From Acidimicrobiia bacterium (lineage in GTDB: Bacteria > Actinomycetota > Acidimicrobiia > IMCC26256 > Chersky-534): a stretch of 40,806 nt of DNA. The DNA is taken from positions 1-40,806 of the forward strand of contig JADGOM010000026.1 of assembly GCA_017882925.1 (NCBI GenBank). The letters are read 5' to 3'. The notes under the pieces were generated by a model. It searched no databases. It saw only the letters and a list, made by a program, of their open reading frames with translations, and was not told the origin of the DNA. The position numbers and the translations under genes were made by a program. Below, in pieces: positions 21,481 to 30,366 of the stretch; position 1 is the stretch's first letter; every line of letters starts with the position of its first letter.

Positions 21481-22539
21481 TTAGATGTTGAACCGGATCT
21501 CGAGGACGTCGCCGTCGGCGACCTCGTAGTCCTTTCCTTCGACCCGGAGCTTGCCCAGGTCCTTGGCCTTGTTCCACGAGCCGATCTCGAGCAACTCGTC
21601 CCAGTGGATGACCTCGGCCCGGATGAAGCCCCGCTGCAGGTCGGAGTGGATCACCCCCGCGCACTCGGGTGCCTTCGCGCCGGCCCGGAACGTCCAGGCC
21701 CGGCTCTCCTTGTCACCCGTGGTGAGGAAGGTGCGCCGGCCGAGCAGGTGGTACGCGGCCGCGGCGACGCGGGGCACGACACCGGCACCCAGGCCGAGCC
21801 CGTCGAGCAGCTCGGCCCGCTCCTCGGGATCGAGTCGGGCCGCCTCGGCTTCGAGCTGCACGCACACCGGGAGAGCGTTCGCGCCGAACGGTGCCGCGAT
21901 CTCGTCGGCCCGGTCGAGCTGATCGTCGCCGATGTTGACGACGACGAGCACCGGCTTGTCGGTGAGCAGGAAGATCGGCGCGAGGAGGGCGCGCTCGTCG
22001 GCGTCGAGATCCGAGCGGTAGAGCGGGATGCCCTCCCCCAGCGCCGCCTGCGCGCGCTCGAGCGCGGCGATCTCGGCCCCGAGGCTCTTGTCGCCCTTGG
22101 CCGCGCGCGACTGCCGGTAGTGGCGGGCCTCGACCGACGCGAGGTCGGAGAGCACGAGCTCCAGCTCGAGCGTGAGCAGATCCGACTCGGGGTCGGAATC
22201 GCCGGGGACCGACGGGTCCTCGAAGGCCCGCAGGACGAACAGGATCGCGTCGCAGTCGCGCAGCGCGCCGAGGAAGCGGTTGCCGAGGCCCTCGCCGCTG
22301 TTGGCCCCCTTCACCAGTGCGGCGATGTCGACCACTTCGACCCCGGTGTGGACGACCTTCTGGCTCTGGGACATCGCGGCGAGCAGGTCGAGCCGCTCGT
22401 CGGGCACCTGGGCCACGCCCTGGGCGCTCTCCATCGTGGAGAACGGGTGGGGGGCGACGAGCGTCTCACCGCCGGTCAGCGCGTTGAACAGACTGCTCTT
22501 GCCCGAGTTGGGAAGGCCGACGAGGCCGAGATGCTCCAT
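21481..22539 (-). CDS. ychF: Ribosome-binding ATPase YchF
   Basis: GLVGLPNSGKSSLFNALT, GEGLGNRFL, AGVIHSDLQRGFIRAEV, RVEGKDYEVADGDV...RFN. Confidence 0.96.
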   Translation of the reverse strand: MEHLGLVGLPNSGKSSLFNALTGGETLVAPHPFSTMESAQGVAQVPDERLDLLAAMSQSQKVVHTGVEVVDIAALVKGANSGEGLGNRFLGALRDCDAILFVLRAFEDPSVPGDSDPESDLLTLELELVLSDLASVEARHYRQSRAAKGDKSLGAEIAALERAQAALGEGIPLYRSDLDADERALLAPIFLLTDKPVLVVVNIGDDQLDRADEIAAPFGANALPVCVQLEAEAARLDPEERAELLDGLGLGAGVVPRVAAAAYHLLGRRTFLTTGDKESRAWTFRAGAKAPECAGVIHSDLQRGFIRAEVIHWDELLEIGSWNKAKDLGKLRVEGKDYEVADGDVLEIRFNI

Positions 22540-22707
22540 TGCCGCCAGGGTATCGAAGGGCCCTCACCGGTCCCGGCGGGCCCCGGGTCCGCGGAGACGC
22601 GCCCGACCGGCCGGGAGCACCGACCCGGCGGTCGGCTACGATCCTCCGGTTCCCGCACGCGTCGCCTGGCCGACGCGCGCACCGATTCCCGCCCTCGAGG
22701 ACCTCCG

Positions 22708-22794
22708 ATGAGCAAGAAGACCAAGAAGCGCAAGCTCCGGGCCCGCCGCAACAAGGCGAACCACGGCAAGCGTCCCCTCGTCGGCCGCCGGTAA
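22708..22794 (+). CDS. 50S ribosomal protein bL37
   Basis: MSKKTKKRKLRARRNKANHGKRPLVGRR*; the KANHGKRP motif is the bL37 signature; SD GAGGA and -10 TACGAT (22637-22642) upstream. Confidence 0.9.
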   Translation: MSKKTKKRKLRARRNKANHGKRPLVGRR

Positions 22795-22848
22795 TCCCGG
22801 GCGCCCGACCGCCGCCGCGTCCCGGCCGCGGATCGCCACCCCGGGCCG

Positions 22849-23628
22849 TCAGTCGGCCTTGCGGGTGAGCTGCACGGCCCGGTGATCCGACGTGAAGAGC
22901 CGTCGGGCGACACCCAGGCCGACGATCGACGTCGTCGTCGCCACCGAGGCGAGCACCACGTACATCACCGCGATCTGCACCCGAACCGCGTCGAGCGGGT
23001 CGGCCCCCGCGAGGATCAGCCCCGTCATCGCGCCGGGGAGGAAGATGATCCCCACCGCCTTGGTCGTCTCGATCTGCGGGATCAACGCGCTGCGGATGCT
23101 GGACCGTACGTAGGGCTGCGCGGCATCGTGCGCCGACTGGCCGAGCGCGAGCCGCGCCTCCACCTCGGGCCGCTTGTCCCGCAGCTCCTCGTAGACGCGC
23201 CGGCCGACCAGCACCGTGGCCGCCAGCGAGTTGCCGACGATGAGACCCGACAACGGAACCACCGTGCGGGCGTCGATCGGGAACACCTGCAGGCCGAGGA
23301 GCACCCCGAGCGTGACCGCGAGCGACGCGCTGAAGGCGACGAGCGCGAGAGGGAGCACACCCGGGACGTCGCGCGCGCGGAGCCACACGGTGAGCGACGC
23401 GAACACGACCATGCCCCCGACCCAGAGCCACGACCAGCCGAGAGACCGGTTGGGAGCGAGGATGAAGTGCAGCGCCACGCCGACCAGCACGAGTTGCACG
23501 GCCGCCCGCAGGCTGGACCACAACAACGTGCGTTCCACCCCGAGCCGCTGCCATGCCGAGATGCCGAGCGCGATCGCGACGAGCGCGGCGGAGATGCCCA
23601 GGCCGGACCAACCGATGTCGCTGTTCAC
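22849..23628 (-). CDS. fetB: ABC transporter permease, FetB/UPF0014 family
   Basis: RAAVQLVLVG, VPLSGLIVGNS, EVEARLALG, ALIPQIETTKAVGIIFLPGAMTGLILAG motifs. Confidence 0.9.
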   Translation of the reverse strand: MNSDIGWSGLGISAALVAIALGISAWQRLGVERTLLWSSLRAAVQLVLVGVALHFILAPNRSLGWSWLWVGGMVVFASLTVWLRARDVPGVLPLALVAFSASLAVTLGVLLGLQVFPIDARTVVPLSGLIVGNSLAATVLVGRRVYEELRDKRPEVEARLALGQSAHDAAQPYVRSSIRSALIPQIETTKAVGIIFLPGAMTGLILAGADPLDAVRVQIAVMYVVLASVATTTSIVGLGVARRLFTSDHRAVQLTRKAD

Positions 23629-24362
23629 GGCTCACCACGCTCCTCGGCGGTCGCCGCGCCGCCGAGGAAGTCCCGGACGGCCGGCGGGGCGGTGCTCGTC
23701 AAGGTGGCCGGCTCGCCCACATGGGCCACCCGCCCGCCGATGAGGACGATCACGTGGTCGGCGATGCGCGCCATCTGGGCGAGGTCGTGGCTCACCCACA
23801 GGATCGGGATGTCGTCGTCGGCGAGGCGCCGGGCCAACCGCTCCAGCCCGAGCGTCGCGGGCTGGTCGAGCGCGGACGTGGGCTCGTCCATCAGCAGCAC
23901 GTCGGGCTTCGTGGCGAGGGTACGGGCCAGGCACACGCGTTGCTGCTCACCGCCGGAGAGCTCGGTGGCCGGCCGGTCGAGGAACGCCGGATCGAGCAGG
24001 CAGCGGGCCAGGATCTCCGCCGCCTCCGCGTCGGGGAGGCCGGGCTGCGCGACCTGGAGGTTGTCGCGCACCGTGCCCGGGAACGGGGTGGGCTGCTGGA
24101 ACACCATGCCGACGCGCCGCCGGAGCGCGAGGACGTCGAGCGTCGCGGTGTCCTGGCCGTCGAGGCGCACGGTGCCGGCGTCGGGGACGTCGAGCCGGTT
24201 GCAGACCCGCAGGAGCGTCGACTTCCCCGCGCCCGACGGCCCGACCACGACCGTGATGCCGTGGGCCGGCACCGTGAGGGATACGGCGTCGAGCCGCGGG
24301 GCGGCCGCGGTCCTGCCGTCGACGCGGACCGCTTCGAACTCGAAGAGCGGGCGGGGGTCCAC
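23625..24362 (-). CDS. ABC transporter ATP-binding protein (FetA-like)
   Basis: GPSGAGKST, LSGGEQQR, LLMDEPTSALD, VSHD; GTG start at 24362; GTGA overlap with the permease. Confidence 0.9.
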   Translation of the reverse strand: MDPRPLFEFEAVRVDGRTAAAPRLDAVSLTVPAHGITVVVGPSGAGKSTLLRVCNRLDVPDAGTVRLDGQDTATLDVLALRRRVGMVFQQPTPFPGTVRDNLQVAQPGLPDAEAAEILARCLLDPAFLDRPATELSGGEQQRVCLARTLATKPDVLLMDEPTSALDQPATLGLERLARRLADDDIPILWVSHDLAQMARIADHVIVLIGGRVAHVGEPATLTSTAPPAVRDFLGGAATAEERGEP

Positions 24363-24364
24363 GG

Positions 24365-25165
24365 TCAGAGGCGATCGAGGAGCAGTGATTGCGTGGCGCG
24401 GCCGATCCGGCCCTGCTCGTCGTACAGGGCCGCCTCCGCGAAGCCCGAGCCGTTGGGACCGACGACGGTGTGGGCGTCGATGCCGACCCAGTCGGACACC
24501 GGCGGCCGCGCCACGGTGACCGTGAGGTCGGGGTTGATGAAGAGGTAGCCGCCCCAGGGCAGCGCGCTGCCCAGCCCGTTGGAGAAGTCGGAAGCGGCCG
24601 CGACGCGCGAGAACGGCGTGACCGGTTCCCCCGCGACCACCGCGTCGCGGAGCCGGAGCCACATCGCCGCCCGGCCGGGCCGGCCGAACGCGCCGTGGGC
24701 CAGCGCGACGTCGAACGCGCCGAAGAAGTCGACCGACCCGCCCCCGAAACCGGCGGAGTCGAAGGGCCGGGACTCCGCGGGACCGGGCTCCATCACGTCG
24801 CCGACCATCACCGCGTCGTCGACGGGCAGCGGGGCCTGGCGGATGCGGAGCGCGCGGGCGCGCACCACATCCGTCCCGCCGCCCCGAACCACCGCGTCGA
24901 GGAGTTGCACCTTCCTGCCCGGGCGCGTCAGCTCGACGTCGACGGTCAGGGGCTCGAGCGGCACCGGCCGCAGCAGCTCGATCGTGAGGCGACTCAGGAG
25001 GATCTCCGACCCGGGCTCGAAGCCGCCCAGCACGTGGGCCAGGAGCGCTGCCGGCGCACCGCCGTGCATCGCGTCCGGATCCCACGGGCCGCGGGTCAGA
25101 CCGCTCGGCACGAAGCGGCGGCCGTCCCGGGTGAAGAGCGGCTCGGCGACGGCGTTGGGATCCAC
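24365..25165 (-). CDS. Acyl-CoA thioesterase family protein (double hotdog)
   Basis: GPWDPDAMHGGAPAALL, RPGRKVQL, FINPDLTV, GRATQSLL pattern. Confidence 0.85.
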   Translation of the reverse strand: MDPNAVAEPLFTRDGRRFVPSGLTRGPWDPDAMHGGAPAALLAHVLGGFEPGSEILLSRLTIELLRPVPLEPLTVDVELTRPGRKVQLLDAVVRGGGTDVVRARALRIRQAPLPVDDAVMVGDVMEPGPAESRPFDSAGFGGGSVDFFGAFDVALAHGAFGRPGRAAMWLRLRDAVVAGEPVTPFSRVAAASDFSNGLGSALPWGGYLFINPDLTVTVARPPVSDWVGIDAHTVVGPNGSGFAEAALYDEQGRIGRATQSLLLDRL

Positions 25166-25280
25166 GCGCGCACGCTACCGAACCCCGGGTCCGCGAACCC
25201 GGGAACCGCGGCCCCGTCCGCGTCGTCGGACACTCCAGCAGGTGGGCCGCGGGCCCGCCGACGTCGCACAGGAGAACCCG

Positions 25281-26036
25281 ATGCATCCACGACTGGCCGG
25301 CGCGACCGCGCTCGGCGCCCTCGTCATCCTGGCCGCCGGTTGCGGCACCGCCGGGGCCACACCCGTCGACCGGGCCGCACCCTCGGCCCGAGTCGCCGCG
25401 TCGACGTCGACCAAGGGTGCGGGGACCATCGACGCGCGGGGCACCGGGATCCTCCAGGGGACCCCCAACGTCCTCGAGGTGTCGATCGGCGTGTCCACCA
25501 CCGCCGACACCGCCCAGGCCGCGCTGCAACGGGCCAACGAGGAATCAGGCCAGGTGATCGCGCGCCTGAAGGGCGCGGGCGTGGCCGCCACCGACATCCA
25601 GACCCGCGACTTCTCCATCTACCCGGGCTACGACAGCACCCGGAAGCGGTTCACCTACTCGGTCTCCAACTCGGTCGACGCGAAGCTGCGCGACCTCCTG
25701 AAGGCCGGCGCCATCCTCGACGACGTCGCCTCCGGGGTCGGCAACGACATCCGGATCCAGGGCGTCTCGTTCTCGTTCGCCGACAACAGCGCCCTCTTGG
25801 CGGGCGCGCGCACCGACGCGGTGGAGCAGGCCCACGAGCAGGCCCAGCAGCTCGCGCACGCCGCCGGGGTGAAGCTCGGCCGGGTGACGTCGATCACCGA
25901 GGACGACGGCGGTCTCACCACGCCGGCGGGTACCACGAAGCTCGCGCAGAGCGACGCCGCGGGCGCGCCGGTCCCGATCGAGCCGGGCTCGGAGTCGGTG
26001 AGCGTCGCGGTGCACGTGGTCTACGCGATCGGTTGA
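25281..26036 (+). CDS. SIMPL (DUF541) domain lipoprotein
   Basis: Lipobox LAAG-C; DIQTRDFSIYP, ARTDAVEQAHEQAQQLAHAAGVKLGRVTSITE, PIEPGSESVSVAVHVVY; SD AGGAG before ATG 25281. Confidence 0.88.
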   Translation: MHPRLAGATALGALVILAAGCGTAGATPVDRAAPSARVAASTSTKGAGTIDARGTGILQGTPNVLEVSIGVSTTADTAQAALQRANEESGQVIARLKGAGVAATDIQTRDFSIYPGYDSTRKRFTYSVSNSVDAKLRDLLKAGAILDDVASGVGNDIRIQGVSFSFADNSALLAGARTDAVEQAHEQAQQLAHAAGVKLGRVTSITEDDGGLTTPAGTTKLAQSDAAGAPVPIEPGSESVSVAVHVVYAIG

Positions 26037-26061
26037 CGGGCCAGGACCTAGAGTCCGCCGC

Positions 26062-26844
26062 GTGGTGGATGTCGTGCTCGTCGAGACCCGGGACCGCGTG
26101 CGGACGATCACGCTGCACCGGCCCGAGGTGCGCAACGCGCTCGACAGCGCGCTCCAACGTGCGTCGGCCGACGCGCTGGCCGCCGCCGACGCCGATCCCG
26201 ACGTCGACGTCGTCGTGCTCACGGGGTCGGACCCGGCGTTCTGCGCCGGGCTCGACCTGCGCGAGCTCGGCACCACCGCGGAGAACCTCGACCCGCGGAC
26301 CAACGACCCCGGCCGCCCCTCCAACCCGTTCACCGCGCTGTGGGCGATGCACAAGCCCGTCATCGGCGCGGTCAACGGACCCGCGGTGACCGGAGGGTTC
26401 GAGCTCGCGCTCGCGTGCGACTTCCTCGTGGCGTCGGAGCGGGCGACGTTCGGCGACACCCACGCCCGCGTCGGGGTCACGCCCGGCGGCGGCATGAGCG
26501 TGTTCCTTCCGATGGCGGTCGGGCTGCGGCGCGCCAAGGAGATCAGCCTCACCGGCAACTTCGTCGGCGCGACCGAGGCCGCGCGGATCGGGCTGGTCAA
26601 CCTCGTCGTGGAGCACTCGGAGCTGTTGCCCACCGCGCACCGGCTCGCGGCCGACATCGTGAGCAACGACCAGCACGCGGTGCGCAACCTCAAGGCGCTC
26701 TACGACCGCACCGCGGCCGTCGCGCCCGGCGACGGGCTGGCGATCGAGCAGGAGGTCTTCCGCTCGTGGCGGGTCGAGCCGGCCGAGGTGGCGAGCCGCC
26801 GCGAATCGGTCCTGCGCCGGGGCCGGGAACAGCAGGCGCCCTGA
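26062..26844 (+). CDS. Enoyl-CoA hydratase/isomerase family protein
   Basis: ITLHRPEVRNAL, AFCAGLDL, KPVIGAVNGPAVTGGFELALACD, DTHARVG motifs. Confidence 0.93.
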   Translation: MVDVVLVETRDRVRTITLHRPEVRNALDSALQRASADALAAADADPDVDVVVLTGSDPAFCAGLDLRELGTTAENLDPRTNDPGRPSNPFTALWAMHKPVIGAVNGPAVTGGFELALACDFLVASERATFGDTHARVGVTPGGGMSVFLPMAVGLRRAKEISLTGNFVGATEAARIGLVNLVVEHSELLPTAHRLAADIVSNDQHAVRNLKALYDRTAAVAPGDGLAIEQEVFRSWRVEPAEVASRRESVLRRGREQQAP

Positions 26845-27006
26845 GCCCGCCGCGATCCGAGCACCTGGTCGCGCCGGTCGCGAGACCTTCCGGAATCCGG
26901 CGTGATGCCCTGCGATCCGTGCGGGGTTCGTGGAAGAATCGACAGCCGGTACCTACCCTGAGTGGCGGGTCCGGCGCTCAGCGTCCGCCGGCAAACCCAG
27001 GACGGC

Positions 27007-29043
27007 ATGGCCTTCCCGAGAGTCACCTTCGCGATCTTCTTCCTGGTCGTCCTGCCGCTGAGTTGGTTCCTGATGCCCACCCTGCACCGGACCTACCGGT
27101 GCTTCGGGATGCGGATCCAGGGTGTGCCGTGGAAGCTCGCGATGCTCGTCGCGTCGTACGTGTTCCTCGGGTACTTCAGCCCGACCACGCGCGTGCTCAT
27201 CGTGCCGCTGCCCACCTGGTCGCTGATCCTGTTCGTCTCGACCGCCGTCAACTGGGTCCTCGGCCAGGGTCTGGGTTGGGCCCGCACCATCGACCGCGCG
27301 CGGGAGCCGGGGGCCGCGCGCACGGTCCTCACGCGCCCACGCGTCTGGCTCTCGGCCGCGATCGTGTTCAACCTCGGGTTCCTCGGCTACTTCAAGTACT
27401 ACGAGTTCTTCGTCAGTCAGGCCCACAACGCGTTCACCGACATGGGTCTGAGCTTCCCGCTCCCCGTGCTCTCGATCGCGCTGCCGGTCGCGATCTCGTT
27501 CTTCACGTTCCAGGCGATCAGCTACACCGCCGACATCTACCGCGGCACGTTCGACCCGGTGAACCCGCTCGACTTCGCGACCTACCTCGCGTTCTTCCCG
27601 CATCTCGTGGCCGGCCCCGTGGTCCGCGCGGCGGAGTTCATCCCGCAGATGTACGAGCGCCACGACCCGCGCCGGGTGGACGCGACGCGCGCGTTCGCGC
27701 TCATCGCCGGCGGCCTCTTCAAGAAGCTCGTCCTCGCCGACTTCCTCAACAACTCGATCGTCACCCCGGTCTTCACGTCGCCGGGCACGCACAGCTCGGC
27801 CGAGATCCTCGTGGGCGTCTACGCCTACGCGGTGCGCATCTACTGCGACTTCAGCGGCTACACCGACATGGCGATCGGCATCGCGCTCCTGCTCGGCATC
27901 AAGTTCCCGCAGAACTTCGACGCCCCCTACACCGCGGTCTCGCTCCAGGACTTCTGGCGCCGCTGGCACATGACGTTGTCGCGCTTCCTGCGCGACTACC
28001 TCTACATCCCGCTGGGCGGCAACCGCGAGAGCGCCGTCGTCCTCGGCCTGCGCAAGGTCGGGAGCCTCGTGGTCCCGGCGCGGTCGAACGCGCCGGCCGG
28101 GGGCGGGCCGGAAGACTCCCCCGGGGCGGTGCGCGAGCGCGCGCCCGCGGTCCGACCGAAGCCGGGTCGGGAGCCCGACGAGCACGGGCACCCGACCATC
28201 ATCTCGAGCTACGCCATCGCGGTCACGGTCGGCATGCTCTTCCTCACCGCGCTGCGGATGTTCGACATCGCCGACGTGTGGGCGTGGAACCTCCTGCTCG
28301 TGCCCGTGGTCTTCGGGCTGGTGGCGCGGGGCGCGGGCTCGCCCGGGAAGCGCACATGGACCGACCGGCCCGCGGTGCTCGGGCTCCTCGCGGTCCAGGT
28401 GCTGGTCTGCGTGAGCGCGCTCGTCGGCGGCCCGTCGGTGTGGTGGCTCGACTTCCTGCTCATCAGCGCGCTGCTGCTCGTCTTCGCCGCCTGCGACCTC
28501 ACGATCGTGGGCGTCGTCATCCTCGGCAACCTCCTCGCGACGATGGCGTTGGGCGGCATCTGGCACGGCCGCGGCTGGACGTTCCTGATCTGGGGCATGA
28601 TCCACGGCTTCGGGCTCGTCGGCGAGCACTGGCACCGCGAGCGCCGCAAGCTGCGCGGCCTCCCCGAGCCGAAGGACACGGTCCTGCGGCGCACGGGCGG
28701 GCGCCTGCTCACGTTCAACGTCGTGTGCTTCGCGTGGATCTTCTTCAACGCCGACTCGCTGTCGACCGCGAGCCAGATCATCAACCACCTCTTCACCGAC
28801 TGGCACTGGAGCAGCAGCTACACGCCGTTCGTCGACGACCCGCTCGTCACCGGCGGCGTGCTGCTGGCGATCGCCATCGGTCTCGGCGTGCAGTTCATCC
28901 CGCGGGAGTTCGGCGCCCGGCTGCTCGCACGCGCGTCGCGCCTGCACCCGGTGACCCAGGGCATCATGATCGGCCTGTTCTTCATCGTGATCGACACGCT
29001 CGGCCCGCGCGGCATCCCCGACTTCATCTACCAGCAGTTCTGA
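27007..29043 (+). CDS. MBOAT O-acyltransferase (AlgI/PatA-type) with a large internal insertion
   Basis: LPVAISFFTFQAISY, FFPHLVAGP, IYCDFSGYTDMAIG, FWRRWHMTLS, YLYIPLGG, GGIWHG, C-terminal FIYQQF; start ATG 27007. Confidence 0.93.
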   Translation: MAFPRVTFAIFFLVVLPLSWFLMPTLHRTYRCFGMRIQGVPWKLAMLVASYVFLGYFSPTTRVLIVPLPTWSLILFVSTAVNWVLGQGLGWARTIDRAREPGAARTVLTRPRVWLSAAIVFNLGFLGYFKYYEFFVSQAHNAFTDMGLSFPLPVLSIALPVAISFFTFQAISYTADIYRGTFDPVNPLDFATYLAFFPHLVAGPVVRAAEFIPQMYERHDPRRVDATRAFALIAGGLFKKLVLADFLNNSIVTPVFTSPGTHSSAEILVGVYAYAVRIYCDFSGYTDMAIGIALLLGIKFPQNFDAPYTAVSLQDFWRRWHMTLSRFLRDYLYIPLGGNRESAVVLGLRKVGSLVVPARSNAPAGGGPEDSPGAVRERAPAVRPKPGREPDEHGHPTIISSYAIAVTVGMLFLTALRMFDIADVWAWNLLLVPVVFGLVARGAGSPGKRTWTDRPAVLGLLAVQVLVCVSALVGGPSVWWLDFLLISALLLVFAACDLTIVGVVILGNLLATMALGGIWHGRGWTFLIWGMIHGFGLVGEHWHRERRKLRGLPEPKDTVLRRTGGRLLTFNVVCFAWIFFNADSLSTASQIINHLFTDWHWSSSYTPFVDDPLVTGGVLLAIAIGLGVQFIPREFGARLLARASRLHPVTQGIMIGLFFIVIDTLGPRGIPDFIYQQF

Positions 29044-30314
29044 TGGCGACGACCCGGCCCCGGCCCCGCCCGCAGCGCGACGAGCCCGACGGCACCGACG
29101 CGCCCGCGAACGGCACGGATGGGGACGGGCACCGCTCCAAGCGCGCCGAACGGGAGCCCAAGCCGCCGGTCACCCGCAAGCCCATGCCCGCGGGCAACGC
29201 GATCAAGGTCATCGTCATCGCGTTCCTCGTCGCCACGATCTTCAACGCGCAGGGCATGTGGAAGACGGCCCAGGGCCTCGACCTCGGCTGGAAGCGCGAC
29301 GTCGCCATCGACTTCATGCGCCCGTTCCACTGGGCGGCCGAGAACGTGTGCATCCCCTTCACCGGCGTCTGCATCCAGAGCGCCCGCGAGGCCGTGCAGG
29401 ACGCCTCCGGGCGGAGCGGCGACGACGACATCAACCTGTTCGTCGCCAAGCCGACGGCCACCACGACGGCTCCCGCCGGGACGACCACGCCCGCCGCGAC
29501 CACCGCCCCGGGCCAGACGACCACGCCGGGCCAGACCGCTGCCCCCGCGGTGACGACGGCCCCCTCGGCCAAGCTCGCGTTCTCGCCCCAGCACCCGCTC
29601 AAGGTCTGGATCGCCGGCGACTCGCTCTCGATCACCCCCGGCCAGTCGTTCCTCAACAAGGCGCCGGGCACGCAGGTGATGGACGTGAAGGGCCTCGACG
29701 GGCGCATCAGCACCGGGCTCGCCCGGCCCGACGTCTTCAACTGGTTCCAGCGGGTGAAGGACGGCGTGGCCCAGCTCAATCCCGACGTCGTGATCCTCAC
29801 CTTCGGCGCGAACGACGACCAGTCGCTGTTCGGCGGGGCGAACCCCATCGGGCCGCTCGGCTCCGACGCGTGGAAGGCGGAGTACGCGTCACGGGTCGGC
29901 GGGATGATGGACACGGTGATCAACGCCGGTCACAAGGTGATCTGGATCGGCATCCCGATCGTGGAGAACACCGGCCGCAACGCCCGGTACCAGATGCTCA
30001 ACAGCATCTACGCGGCCGAGGCGGCGAAGCGCCCCGGCAACGCCTTCTTCGTCGACACGTACCCGCTCTTCCAGGACTCGGCCGGCAACTACAACAAGTA
30101 CCTCACGGTCAACGGGCAGCAGGTCGAGATGCGCGCCCCCGACGGCATCCACTTCACCCGCGCCGGTGGCGACCGGATCGCCGACGCGGTGATGGCCGAG
30201 CTCGGCAACATCTACGACCTCACGTCGTGGAAGAACCCGACCACGACCACGACGGCCACCACCGCCGCGCCGGTGACCACCACCACGGCCACGACCACGA
30301 CCAAGGCGAAGTAG
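29043..30314 (+). CDS. Membrane-anchored SGNH/GDSL protein (DUF459/PatB-like)
   Basis: TGATG coupling to the MBOAT stop; one TM helix; IAGDSL, STGLARPD, FGANDD, DGIHFT blocks; Thr-rich linker and tail. Confidence 0.88.
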   Translation: MATTRPRPRPQRDEPDGTDAPANGTDGDGHRSKRAEREPKPPVTRKPMPAGNAIKVIVIAFLVATIFNAQGMWKTAQGLDLGWKRDVAIDFMRPFHWAAENVCIPFTGVCIQSAREAVQDASGRSGDDDINLFVAKPTATTTAPAGTTTPAATTAPGQTTTPGQTAAPAVTTAPSAKLAFSPQHPLKVWIAGDSLSITPGQSFLNKAPGTQVMDVKGLDGRISTGLARPDVFNWFQRVKDGVAQLNPDVVILTFGANDDQSLFGGANPIGPLGSDAWKAEYASRVGGMMDTVINAGHKVIWIGIPIVENTGRNARYQMLNSIYAAEAAKRPGNAFFVDTYPLFQDSAGNYNKYLTVNGQQVEMRAPDGIHFTRAGGDRIADAVMAELGNIYDLTSWKNPTTTTTATTAAPVTTTTATTTTKAK

Positions 30315-30366
30315 CCGCGGCCGAAACGGCGCCGGCGGCCGCGAGGGGCTCCGGTAGCCTCGGGGC

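Noticed and set aside
28027-28527. MBOAT insertion as an intein or mobile element
   Set aside because: No Cys/Ser start with His-Asn end, no endonuclease or transposase motifs, no terminal repeats; composition is that of TM helices.
26340-30314. 1324-aa ORF suggesting a giant protein
   Set aside because: Only the part from ATG 29043 is protein-like; the upstream part is an Arg/Pro-rich off-frame read through the hydratase and MBOAT genes.
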